Below, piece after piece: positions 48,964-58,224 of a stretch of DNA of 64,000 nt. Positions within the stretch are counted from its first letter, which is position 1. Each line of letters starts with the position of its first letter. The position numbers were made by a program, and so were the translations under genes. Origin of the DNA: Nitrospirota bacterium (GTDB taxonomy: Bacteria > UBA2233); NCBI GenBank assembly GCA_011620345.1, contig WOZJ01000057.1, forward strand, positions 165,246-229,245, read 5' to 3'. Below the pieces are notes generated by a model that was not told the origin of the DNA, made no database searches, and saw only the letters and a program-made list of their open reading frames with translations.

Positions 48964-49583
48964 CTTCGTCTTGTAAGGTCCAAACGAGCCAAATTGTACT
49001 AGCCACAAAAAATTTAGGTAAATTGGCCGAGTTTACGGCTCTATTCCGAGATCATGGCCTGGATATAAAAATAGAAGGTACTCCACGGGGGCTTGAGCTT
49101 CCCAACGAAACAGGGATGAGTTACCGCGAGAACGCGAGCCTGAAGGCGGAGTGGGTAGGGCAAAGGCTACAAGCAACCAGCCTTGCAGACGATTCCGGCT
49201 TAGAAGTACAAGCACTCTCCGGCGCTCCAGGGCTGCATTCGGCCAGGTTTGGGGGGCCAAAGCTCTCGGATCCTGAAAGGGTTCAGCTACTCCTTGAGGC
49301 ATTAAGGGGGGTTCATGCCGAACGGCGGAGGGCGAGGTTTGTTTGCTGTCTGGCACTATTCCTCCCCTCTACTGGAAGCACGATCACATCCGAAGGGTTT
49401 ATCGAGGGGCGGATTCTTGAAGAGTCGAGGGGGCAGGGGGGTTTCGGTTACGACCCTGTTTTTTTTGTTCCTTTGTTGGGCAAAACGCTCGCCGAAATCT
49501 GCCCTGAAGAAAAAAACAAGTTTTCTCACCGTGCCAAAGCCTTAGAGCGCCTGCTTGCAGGCCTAAAGGGGCCGGGTGAATGA
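48960..49583 (+). CDS. rdgB: Non-canonical purine NTP pyrophosphatase
   Basis: ATKNLGK, ADDSGL, PGLHSAR, GFGYDP, SHR. Confidence 0.95.
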   Translation: MTSSCKVQTSQIVLATKNLGKLAEFTALFRDHGLDIKIEGTPRGLELPNETGMSYRENASLKAEWVGQRLQATSLADDSGLEVQALSGAPGLHSARFGGPKLSDPERVQLLLEALRGVHAERRRARFVCCLALFLPSTGSTITSEGFIEGRILEESRGQGGFGYDPVFFVPLLGKTLAEICPEEKNKFSHRAKALERLLAGLKGPGE

Positions 49584-49594
49584 GCGTCTAATCG

Positions 49595-49671
49595 CGGGGC
49601 GTAGCGCAGCCTGGTAGCGCACCTGCCTTGGGAGCAGGAGGCCGGAGGTTCGAATCCTCTCGCCCCGACCA
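49595..49671 (+). tRNA. tRNA-Pro(TGG)
   Basis: CGGGGCG...CGCCCCG-ACCA; anticodon arm CCTGC-CTTGGGA-GCAGG. Confidence 0.97.
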
Positions 49672-49860
49672 GTTCTTCTGAATATGCATTGCATATAATC
49701 AAACAGCATCCATTCTCATTTTACCTTCCGCCTTGTAGTCGATCTTGGTATACTTAACATCTGGGCTACGAAAGAGGCCGCATCCTTAAGGATGCGGCGA
49801 TTTACGGGCGATTTCTCAACGCGAACCCAAGAGACTGACCCCTACCGAGGAGGAAGCGCT

Positions 49861-52098
49861 ATGCGACTTTTGGTTGCCTCCAACAGGCTGCCCGTAACCG
49901 TAGAACGTACCAGAGACGCCTTTCATTTTAAGGAAAGCATGGGTGGGCTCGTATCGGGCCTAAGTGCTTACCTCGACTCGCTCAAGGGCAGGTTAAAGGA
50001 TGGGGAGGCGGCCGATTACACGTGGGTGGGTTGGCCTGGGACGAGCATTCCAGAGGCGCTCGAGAGCGACGTCAAATCGAAGCTGCTTCAGAATTGCCGC
50101 GCATGGCCCGTCTTTTTGCCGGAAGACCTCATGGATTCGTTCTACCACGGGTTTTGCAACAAGACAATTTGGCCTCTTTTCCATTATTTTACGCAGCATG
50201 TCTCCCTGGAGGAAGCCTGCTGGAACTCCTATCTCGAGGTCAATCGAAGGTTTTTAAGGGCCATCCTTGAGGTATATCAAGAAGGGGACATGATTTGGGT
50301 GCAGGATTACCACCTCATGCTTCTTCCGAAGCTTCTGCGCGAACAGCTAAAAACCGCGCAGATCGGCTTTTTTCTCCACATTCCCTTCCCTTCGTTTGAA
50401 ACCTTTCGTATTTTGCCGAGGAAGTGGTCGGCCCGTATTCTTGAAGGACTTTTAGGTGCCGACTTGATCGGTTTTCATACCTATAGCTACAGCCGTTATT
50501 TCTTACGGTGTGTCCTGCGCATCTTAGGCCATGAGCATCATATGGGACGCTTCATTCTCGATGACCACATCGCGGAAGTCAGGGCCTTTCCGATGGGGAT
50601 CGACTTTCGCAAATACCACGAGGCCTCCAAAAGCCCTCTTGTCGTGGAAGAAGCAACGCGCATTAAGGAAGCGATCGGAGATTACCGTATTATTCTTTCG
50701 ATCGACAGGCTTGATTACACGAAAGGCATTGCGAACCGGCTTCAAGCCTTCGAGATGTTCCTTGAGCGACACCCAAAATGGCAAAAACGGGTCGTGCTTG
50801 CAATCGTTGTGGTTCCCTCGAGGGTTGCGGTGGAACAATATTCGGACATGAAATGTAAAATCGACGAGCTCGTCGGCCGGATAAACGGCCGGTTCGGGTC
50901 GATTGGTTGGACGCCAGTGATCTACCAGTACCGCTTCCTCCCTTTTTGCCCGCTGGTTGCGCTCTACAGTGCCTCCGACGTGGCGCTCATTACGCCCTTA
51001 AGGGATGGGATGAACCTGATTGCCAAGGAGTATGTCGCTTCAAGGTCGGACAAAGAAGGCGTTTTGATCTTATCTGAAATGGCTGGAGCCTACAAAGAGC
51101 TGGCGGAGGCCTTAATTGTCAACCCAAACTCCAAGGAAGAGATCGTGGAGGCCCTACGCGAGGCCCTGGAGATGCCAAAGGCGGAGCAGCGGCGCAGAAG
51201 CGCGTTAATGCAGAATCGACTCATGCGCTACGACGTCGTCCGCTGGGCCAAAGAGTTCATCGAGAAAATCCAATCGGTCAAAGTGCTCGAGAGAAGGTTT
51301 AACTCGAGGCTTCTTTCCCCGCAGATTCAAGAAGAGCTTTTCTGCAGATACCACCAAGCAGGGAAGCGCGTGATATTTTTGGATTATGACGGCACGTTGG
51401 TTCCGTTTGCTCCGACACCCGAGGCGGCGAGGCCTACCGATGAGCTGCTTCAGCTCCTTTACCGGCTTGGGATGAACACAAAGAATGATGTTGTGATCAT
51501 TTCAGGAAGAGACAAACAAACGCTTCTTTCATGGTTTGGAAGCCTTCCTATCGGACTTGTGGCCGAGCACGGCGTATGGATTCGGGAGAAGGAGGGAGAG
51601 TTTCGTTTGATAAAGCCTCTAAACAACGCATGGAAAGCAGAAATACGCGACATTCTTGAAAAATTTGCCGATAGCTTGCCTGGTTCGTTCATCGAAGAAA
51701 AGGAATATTCTTTGGTTTGGCATTACAGGCAGGTTACAGACCTCGAGGCTGTATCCATGCTGGTTTCGGAGTTTCGAGATACGATACAAGGGTTTGCGGC
51801 AAACATGGACCTTCAGGTTTTGCCTGGAAACAAGGTGACGGAGATTCGGAATGCTGGGGTGGACAAGGGGGCTGCCGGGCTTGCGTGGATGGCCAACCAT
51901 CCCTACGATTTTACCCTTGCCATGGGAGACGACTGGACAGACGAAGACCTCTTCTCTGTGCTGCCCTCAACCGCCTTCTCGATCAAGGTAGGACTCTCCA
52001 GGGCTTACGGCTCTAGGGCGCTCTACTGCACCCAAAGCTACAAAGAGGCGCTTGAGCTTTTGCGTGGGTTGACCGAGTCCGAACTCGAAGCCCGCTGA
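49861..52098 (+). CDS. otsAB: Bifunctional trehalose-6-phosphate synthase/phosphatase (OtsA-OtsB fusion)
   Basis: SNRLP, QDYHL, FLHIPFP, DRLDYTKG, DGMNL; HAD motif FLDYDGTL and GDDWTDED. Confidence 0.95.
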   Translation: MRLLVASNRLPVTVERTRDAFHFKESMGGLVSGLSAYLDSLKGRLKDGEAADYTWVGWPGTSIPEALESDVKSKLLQNCRAWPVFLPEDLMDSFYHGFCNKTIWPLFHYFTQHVSLEEACWNSYLEVNRRFLRAILEVYQEGDMIWVQDYHLMLLPKLLREQLKTAQIGFFLHIPFPSFETFRILPRKWSARILEGLLGADLIGFHTYSYSRYFLRCVLRILGHEHHMGRFILDDHIAEVRAFPMGIDFRKYHEASKSPLVVEEATRIKEAIGDYRIILSIDRLDYTKGIANRLQAFEMFLERHPKWQKRVVLAIVVVPSRVAVEQYSDMKCKIDELVGRINGRFGSIGWTPVIYQYRFLPFCPLVALYSASDVALITPLRDGMNLIAKEYVASRSDKEGVLILSEMAGAYKELAEALIVNPNSKEEIVEALREALEMPKAEQRRRSALMQNRLMRYDVVRWAKEFIEKIQSVKVLERRFNSRLLSPQIQEELFCRYHQAGKRVIFLDYDGTLVPFAPTPEAARPTDELLQLLYRLGMNTKNDVVIISGRDKQTLLSWFGSLPIGLVAEHGVWIREKEGEFRLIKPLNNAWKAEIRDILEKFADSLPGSFIEEKEYSLVWHYRQVTDLEAVSMLVSEFRDTIQGFAANMDLQVLPGNKVTEIRNAGVDKGAAGLAWMANHPYDFTLAMGDDWTDEDLFSVLPSTAFSIKVGLSRAYGSRALYCTQSYKEALELLRGLTESELEAR

Positions 52099-52147
52099 CT
52101 TGTTTCCCCTCCTTCCGTTAAGTAAGCGCCTTTGTGTTTTTGAAAAA

Positions 52148-52178
52148 ATACTTGACTCATGAGTAATGATTTGATAAT
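52148..52178 (+). promoter_or_regulatory. Putative suf promoter (TTGACT-N17-GATAAT-like) overlapping an Rrf2/IscR-like half-site
   Basis: ATACTTGACT and palindrome ACTCATGAGT upstream of the Rrf2 gene. Confidence 0.5.
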
Positions 52179-52216
52179 CTTAAATTCAAGGGTTTTTAAG
52201 GAACAAGAGGCGTACG

Positions 52217-52708
52217 ATGAAAATTGCTCCGACATGGGAGTACGGATTGCGATGCCTTCTCCAGATTGCCAGGGCGCAAGAGGAAAAGTCCCTTAGTATT
52301 CCGCAGGTTGCTAGGGAGGAAGGCCTTAGCGTCGCTTACGTGGGCAAGTTGTTGAACAGGTTGGGCAAGGCAGGGATCATTCAAGGCCGTCGCGGAAGAC
52401 GAGGAGGGTATGTGCTGGCCAAGGATGCCGCGGCCATTTCTTTGTACGAAGTCTTCCAAGCGTTGGCGGACCCGTTATCGCGCTTTGAAGACTGCCAAAG
52501 CTACCCTGGAGCCCTACAAGAATGCATCCATATGGTTCAGAATACTTGTTCCATCCTTCCTGTCTGGAGGCGCTTGGATTTGCTTGTAAAAAGAACGCTT
52601 TCGTCCGTCACCCTCCAAGAAGTGCTCAAGGAAGGTACTGCATACGAACAAAATAGAGAATGGGTTAACGGGCAGAACTCTGCCGCCTTGTTGGTTAAGC
52701 AAGCTTAA
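52217..52708 (+). CDS. Rrf2-family transcriptional regulator (Fe-S sensing)
   Basis: EYGLRCL, RGRRGGYVLA, three C-terminal Cys; heads the suf operon. Confidence 0.92.
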   Translation: MKIAPTWEYGLRCLLQIARAQEEKSLSIPQVAREEGLSVAYVGKLLNRLGKAGIIQGRRGRRGGYVLAKDAAAISLYEVFQALADPLSRFEDCQSYPGALQECIHMVQNTCSILPVWRRLDLLVKRTLSSVTLQEVLKEGTAYEQNREWVNGQNSAALLVKQA

Positions 52709-52719
52709 AGGAGCTGAGA

Positions 52720-53481
52720 ATGGAAAATAAAAATATTAGTCCCCTGCTTGAAGTGCGCGACCTGCACGTAGAGGTGGAGGGAAAAGAAGTAATCAAGGGG
52801 ATAGATCTTGCCCTTTACGGGGGAGCAAAACTTGCCCTAATGGGACCGAATGGTTCAGGAAAAAGTTCACTCTCGATGGCGCTGATGGGTCATCCGGGCT
52901 ACAAAGTTAAGAGTGGATCCATCATTTTGGACGGGAATGACATTACGGGACTTTCTCCTGACAAGCGCGCCAAGGTCGGGCTATTTTTGGCGATGCAGAA
53001 TCCTGTCTCAGTCCCAGGGGTTAGCGTTGCTAACTTCTTACGGGCGATAATGAAAGCGAAACGCGGGGAAGAAGTCCCCATTCGTGAGTTTCGGGAGATG
53101 CTTGTTAAGGCTATGGGTCTTCTGGAAATGGAGCGCTCGTTCGCTAATCGCTACGTGAATGACGGGTTTTCCGGAGGGGAGAAGAAAAAATTAGAGCTGC
53201 TGCAGATGGTTCTGCTTAATCCCAAGGTAGCCGTTGTTGATGAGATAGACTCAGGCCTGGACGTTGACGCGCTAAAGATAGTGGCAGACGGGGTTAACCG
53301 GATTACAGGCGAAAATAACGCGTTCCTTCTTATCACCCATTACCGGCGAATATTGGACTACATCCGCCCGGATGGGGTGGTAGTGCTCATGGAGGGCCGC
53401 ATCGTTGCAAGCGGTGGTCCAGAGCTTATCAACCAGATCGATCGGCAGGGATACGACTGGCTATCGGCAAAAACCGCCTAA
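52720..53481 (+). CDS. sufC: Fe-S assembly ATPase SufC
   Basis: GPNGSGKS, NDGFSGGEKK, DEIDSGLDVDAL, ITHY. Confidence 0.97.
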   Translation: MENKNISPLLEVRDLHVEVEGKEVIKGIDLALYGGAKLALMGPNGSGKSSLSMALMGHPGYKVKSGSIILDGNDITGLSPDKRAKVGLFLAMQNPVSVPGVSVANFLRAIMKAKRGEEVPIREFREMLVKAMGLLEMERSFANRYVNDGFSGGEKKKLELLQMVLLNPKVAVVDEIDSGLDVDALKIVADGVNRITGENNAFLLITHYRRILDYIRPDGVVVLMEGRIVASGGPELINQIDRQGYDWLSAKTA

Positions 53482-53505
53482 CGAACGAAAACCAAGGAGC
53501 TTGCC

Positions 53506-54927
53506 ATGAGGCAGCCTGTTAAAGATATTATGGTTGGCGATGATTACGCGTCGAAATTCGGGTTTTCTTCGCCCGAAGAGTATTATTTTAGGGCCCCGAA
53601 AAAGGGCTTAAGTCACGAGCTCGTCGAGATGATGAGCAAAATGAAAAAAGAGCCGGACTGGATGCGGGAGTTCCGTCATAAGGCGTTGGATACGTTTTGG
53701 GCAAAGCCCATGCCTACCTGGGGCAATCAGGAGGCTTTAGGCAGGATCGACTTTGACGACATTTATTACTACATCAAGCCTATCGAGCAAATGGGGCAGA
53801 CCTGGGATGATGTACCCGAAGACATCAAGCACACGTTCGAACGGCTCGGGATTCCGGAAGCGGAGCGCAAGTTTTTGTCCGGAGTATCTGCTCAGTACGA
53901 GAGCGAGACGGTGTACCACTCGATTCGCGACGAAATTTCTAAACTGGGCGTCATCTTTCTCGGAATGGATTCCGGCCTCATGGAGCACGAAGACATCGTC
54001 AGAAGATTCTTTGGTACGCTAATTCCGCCGACGGACAACAAGTTTGCCGCCCTAAATAGCGCGGTATGGTCAGGGGGGTCGTTCATCTACGTGCCGCCCG
54101 GTGTGCACGTAGATATCCCTCTCCAGGCCTACTTCCGGATCAACGCTAAAAATATGGGCCAGTTCGAACGTACGTTGATCATCGCCGACAAGGGAGCACG
54201 CGTCCATTATATCGAAGGCTGTACCGCTCCCGTATACAGCTCGAGCTCGCTGCACTCCGCCGTGGTCGAACTGATTGCGCTCGAAGACGCCTACATTCGG
54301 TACACGACGATCCAGAACTGGTCCAACAACATCTACAACTTGGTGACAAAAAGGGCTATTGCTTACAAGAACGCCACGGTCGAGTGGGTGGACGGAAATA
54401 TAGGCAGCATGCTCACGATGAAATATCCTTGCGTGGTCTTGGCCGGTGAGAATGCGAGGGGAGAAATCCTTTCGGTGGCGTTCGGCGGAACCGGCCAACA
54501 TCAAGACGCTGGTGCCAAGGTCTTCCACATGGCCCCAAGGACGAGCTCGACCATTACGAGTAAGTCTATTTCGAAAGGAGGGGGGCGAACGACGTACCGT
54601 GGCTGGGTTAAAACGACGGCGAATGCCGAAGACGTCCGCGTTTCTGTCAAGTGCGATGCTTTGATTCTCGACCCGACGTCCCGCTCTGATACATACCCTA
54701 CGATGGAGATCGGCAACCCAAAGGTTCGAATTGAGCATGAAGCCTCTGTTAGCAAGCTAAGCGACGACCAGTTATTCTACTTGATGAGCCGTGGGCTTTC
54801 GGAAAACGAGTCGCGTGTTCTGATCGTGAACGGGTTTATTGAGCAGTTTGTAAAGGAGTTGCCGATGGAGTATGCCGTCGAGTTGAACCGCTTGATCGAG
54901 CTGGAGATGGAAGGGTCGGTTGGATGA
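53506..54927 (+). CDS. sufB: Fe-S assembly protein SufB
   Basis: [34 protein letters not shown]. Confidence 0.98.
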   Translation: MRQPVKDIMVGDDYASKFGFSSPEEYYFRAPKKGLSHELVEMMSKMKKEPDWMREFRHKALDTFWAKPMPTWGNQEALGRIDFDDIYYYIKPIEQMGQTWDDVPEDIKHTFERLGIPEAERKFLSGVSAQYESETVYHSIRDEISKLGVIFLGMDSGLMEHEDIVRRFFGTLIPPTDNKFAALNSAVWSGGSFIYVPPGVHVDIPLQAYFRINAKNMGQFERTLIIADKGARVHYIEGCTAPVYSSSSLHSAVVELIALEDAYIRYTTIQNWSNNIYNLVTKRAIAYKNATVEWVDGNIGSMLTMKYPCVVLAGENARGEILSVAFGGTGQHQDAGAKVFHMAPRTSSTITSKSISKGGGRTTYRGWVKTTANAEDVRVSVKCDALILDPTSRSDTYPTMEIGNPKVRIEHEASVSKLSDDQLFYLMSRGLSENESRVLIVNGFIEQFVKELPMEYAVELNRLIELEMEGSVG

Positions 54928-56126
54928 ACGTTTCAATATCGCCCTTTGAGGTTGCTCAAGAGCCCGAAGGGCTAAAAAACCTTCGCTCCAAGGCCTGGAA
55001 TGTTTATACGCAGGCCCAGTTCCCAGATAGGGCAAGTACTCTTTGGCGCTTTAGCAACCCTGAGGCATTCTGGGTCATTCCCGAGAATATAAGCTCTATA
55101 CTCGAAAAGGGAAAGATTGCATACAGGCTGGAAGCTCCGAATGAGTTGCGGTTATCGGACCTCCAGGAGGCCGTCTCTAACGAATCCGTACCGGTTGGGG
55201 CGCTGGTTGGGCCTGAGTTCGGCAAGTTTGAGGCGCTCAATCTGGCCCTTTGGAAAAAAGGGGCGTACCTTCGGGTTCCAGAGGGTGTAAGGCTAGACCA
55301 GCCCGTTGTTTTAAGGAAGCACATATCAGGCGAAGGGTTGATACTGGACAGGTCTTTGATTCATGTATCCAAGGGGGCTTCTTTGACCATCGTCGAAGTT
55401 CTCGAAGGAGAGCTTGCAGGGAATGGGAATGGCTACCTGAATGCCGTGGAAGAGGTGCTTATCGAAGAAGGCGCGGCCCTTACTCTCGTTGGGATTGACC
55501 TTACTCAGGGGAAGACACGCGCATTCGTGACCGTTCGGCATTCAATAGGATCAAACGCCGAACTAAAATGGGTGCTGGCCCGCTTTGGCGAGGGGTCCAG
55601 CAAGGCAAACCTCGGGGCTCGCCTTGCTGGACGAGGGGCAAAGAGCGGAATTTACGGCGCTGTGTTTGGGTTCGGTCAGGGTAAGAGCGACATCCATACG
55701 TTTCACGATCATGCCGTGAAGCGTACGTTTAGCAACATCGACCTACGGGTGGTCTTGCAAGATCAAGCGCACAGCGCCTACACCGGCCTTATCCGTATCG
55801 ATACGGACGCTGGTTGTTCCGAAGCGTTCCAGGAAAATCGGAACTTGCTGCTCTCTGGAGGTGTGCGTGCCGAATCGATCCCGGAGCTCGAAATCTTGAC
55901 CGACGAAGTGCAATGCAAACACGGTGTAACGGTTGGGCCCGTAGAAGAAGAGCCTCTGTTTTATTTGATGAGCCGCGGAGTTCCGAGGGAGGATGCTGTT
56001 CGGCTTCTTGTTGTAGGGTTCCTTGAGCCAGTCTTAGGGCACATCCCAGGTGACTTCCGAAAGCCGCTCGATGGACTCGTAGCGAACCTCATTAATCCAG
56101 CTAGCGAGATTGAAAGCCCATTATGA
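54924..56126 (+). CDS. sufD: Fe-S assembly protein SufD
   Basis: [27 protein letters not shown]. Confidence 0.93.
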   Translation: MNVSISPFEVAQEPEGLKNLRSKAWNVYTQAQFPDRASTLWRFSNPEAFWVIPENISSILEKGKIAYRLEAPNELRLSDLQEAVSNESVPVGALVGPEFGKFEALNLALWKKGAYLRVPEGVRLDQPVVLRKHISGEGLILDRSLIHVSKGASLTIVEVLEGELAGNGNGYLNAVEEVLIEEGAALTLVGIDLTQGKTRAFVTVRHSIGSNAELKWVLARFGEGSSKANLGARLAGRGAKSGIYGAVFGFGQGKSDIHTFHDHAVKRTFSNIDLRVVLQDQAHSAYTGLIRIDTDAGCSEAFQENRNLLLSGGVRAESIPELEILTDEVQCKHGVTVGPVEEEPLFYLMSRGVPREDAVRLLVVGFLEPVLGHIPGDFRKPLDGLVANLINPASEIESPL

Positions 56127-57355
56127 CGACTGCCATACAAACCCTTGGGGCTTCCCTTAGGAAAGATTTTCCTATCTTTTCGAGAAAGGTGCACGGTAAG
56201 AGGGTCGTATATCTTGATAACGCGGCGACAACTCAAAAGCCTTTGTCCGTAATCGAGGCTCTTAGCCGCTACTACAGCACGATGAACGCCAACGTGCACC
56301 GTGGGATCCATACGCTCGCCGAGGAGGCAACGGGAGCCTATGAGGGGGCCAGGAAAGCTGTAGCCCGCTTTCTTGGGGCAAGACCAGAAGAAGTGGTGTT
56401 TACGAAGAACGCAACGGAAGCGATCAATTTTGTTGCGCTTGGTTGGGCAAGGCATCGCCTCAAGAGAGGAGATGCCATTGTCCTCACAGAAATGGAGCAC
56501 CACGCCAACCTGGTTCCTTGGATTCTTCTTGCCAGGGAAATAGGGCTTGAGTTGCGCTATATCCCGATTGATGCCGAGGGAAAACTTAGGTTAGAAACGC
56601 TTGCCAAGCTCATCGATCACAAAGTACGGCTGGTCGCCCTTGTCCACGCGTCCAACGTTCTCGGTACTATCAACCCGGTTGAGGCCGTTATCGAGGAGGC
56701 AAAAAAGGTCGGGGCGAAAGTTTTGGTCGATGCGGCCCAGTCGCTTCCGCATTTACGGGTGAATGTCCGGGCGTTGGATTGTGATTTTCTCGCCTTTTCG
56801 GCCCACAAGATGCTAGGGCCCACGGGCGTGGGTGTTCTATACGGCAAGATGGATGCCCTAGAGGAGACGGTGCCCGTCCTTGGTGGGGGGGAAATGATCG
56901 AACGGGTAACGTACGATTCTGTAACCTTCAACCAGATTCCGTGGAGGTTTGAAGCGGGAACTCCCAATATCGCGGATGTCATCGCCTTCTTGCCCGCGCT
57001 CGCCTACCTCGAATCGCTCGATTCAAAGACGTCGATACAGCACGAACAGAACCTTTCCCAAGCAGCGATCGAGGCGCTCGAGCGGATGGGGTTTCGGGTA
57101 TTGGGTCCGAAAGCGCCAAACGAGCGGGTAGGGGTGGTATCATGGACTTCGGAGTTTGCGCATCCGCATGATACGGCAACCATCCTCGATCAATTCGGCG
57201 TAGCCGTTCGTGCCGGACACCATTGCGCACAGCCGCTGATGCACAAGCTTGGCCTTGCGGCGACCACGCGGGCAAGCTTTTATATATATAACGATATGGA
57301 CGACGTGGAAATGTTGATCGAAGCCCTAAAGGAGGTAAGGAGCTATTTTGGATAA
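56123..57355 (+). CDS. sufS: Cysteine desulfurase SufS
   Basis: YLDNAATTQKP, ANVHRG, FSAHKM, RAGHHCAQP. Confidence 0.97.
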   Translation: MTTAIQTLGASLRKDFPIFSRKVHGKRVVYLDNAATTQKPLSVIEALSRYYSTMNANVHRGIHTLAEEATGAYEGARKAVARFLGARPEEVVFTKNATEAINFVALGWARHRLKRGDAIVLTEMEHHANLVPWILLAREIGLELRYIPIDAEGKLRLETLAKLIDHKVRLVALVHASNVLGTINPVEAVIEEAKKVGAKVLVDAAQSLPHLRVNVRALDCDFLAFSAHKMLGPTGVGVLYGKMDALEETVPVLGGGEMIERVTYDSVTFNQIPWRFEAGTPNIADVIAFLPALAYLESLDSKTSIQHEQNLSQAAIEALERMGFRVLGPKAPNERVGVVSWTSEFAHPHDTATILDQFGVAVRAGHHCAQPLMHKLGLAATTRASFYIYNDMDDVEMLIEALKEVRSYFG

Positions 57356-57896
57356 CAAGAGCATGGCCGAGCTGAATTCCCTTTACAGGGAGGTTATCCT
57401 GGACCACTTTAAATGTCCTCGCGGCAAAAAGATGATCGAGTGTCCTGACGTAACGTTCGAAGGGTACAACCCCGTCTGCGGAGACGAGGTGAAGATCGCG
57501 ATCAAGATTCAAGATGGCTTCATTCAAGACGTTGCAGTCAACTCGATAGGGTGCGCCATTTCCGTTGCGGCTGGATCCATGCTGGCAGAACTTTTGCCCG
57601 GGAAAAGCCTTGCGGAAGCGGAGGAGCTAGGGAAAGCCTTCGAGGGTCTCCTCAAAGGAGAGATCGAGGGACTTCCGGAAGATATTGGCGATCTGGAGTC
57701 TTTAGAGGGGGTTAGCCGCTTTCCCGTTCGTGTCAAGTGTGCGATGTTGGCCTGGAAAACGATCCAGCATGCCGTTGGGCTCTTAAAAGAAGGCACACCA
57801 TCCAAAGAGCGCATATCGACCGAAGACGCAACGACGGAAGCTTCGCGCAGCGAAGCCGGGGCGGAGAAACACAACGGAGCAAACCACGTATGCTAA
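57348..57896 (+). CDS. sufU: SufU sulfur-transfer/scaffold protein
   Basis: LYREVILDH, NPVCGD, GCAIS, RVKCA; start 57348 (TTG) or 57363 (ATG). Confidence 0.93.
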   Translation: MDNKSMAELNSLYREVILDHFKCPRGKKMIECPDVTFEGYNPVCGDEVKIAIKIQDGFIQDVAVNSIGCAISVAAGSMLAELLPGKSLAEAEELGKAFEGLLKGEIEGLPEDIGDLESLEGVSRFPVRVKCAMLAWKTIQHAVGLLKEGTPSKERISTEDATTEASRSEAGAEKHNGANHVC

Positions 57897-58219
57897 CTCC
57901 TGATGCCGTCAAGGAGGCTTTGAGGCCGGTTGTTGACCCTGAAATTGGGTTCTCGATCGTTGATTTGGGCCTGGTTTACGGTGTTAACGTGAGCGATGAC
58001 GGGCTCGTGAGCGTCGATTTGACCCTCACGAGCCCGATGTGTCCGCTCGGTCCTCAACTGATGCAAGCGGTTGAAGCGGTCGTTTCGAGCCTAGAAGGGG
58101 TAAAAGAGGCGCAGGTCCGGCTTGTTTGGAATCCCCCGTGGGATCCTAAGAAGCATGCGAGTGAGGACGTGAAGGCTATGCTGGGCATCTGGGATCTCGA
58201 TGAAGAGGACGGCTTTTAG
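57890..58219 (+). CDS. DUF59/SufT-like Fe-S assembly protein
   Basis: VDPEI..SIVDLGLVY, TLTSPMCP, WNPPW. Confidence 0.92.
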   Translation: MLTPDAVKEALRPVVDPEIGFSIVDLGLVYGVNVSDDGLVSVDLTLTSPMCPLGPQLMQAVEAVVSSLEGVKEAQVRLVWNPPWDPKKHASEDVKAMLGIWDLDEEDGF

Positions 58220-58224
58220 GTTTC

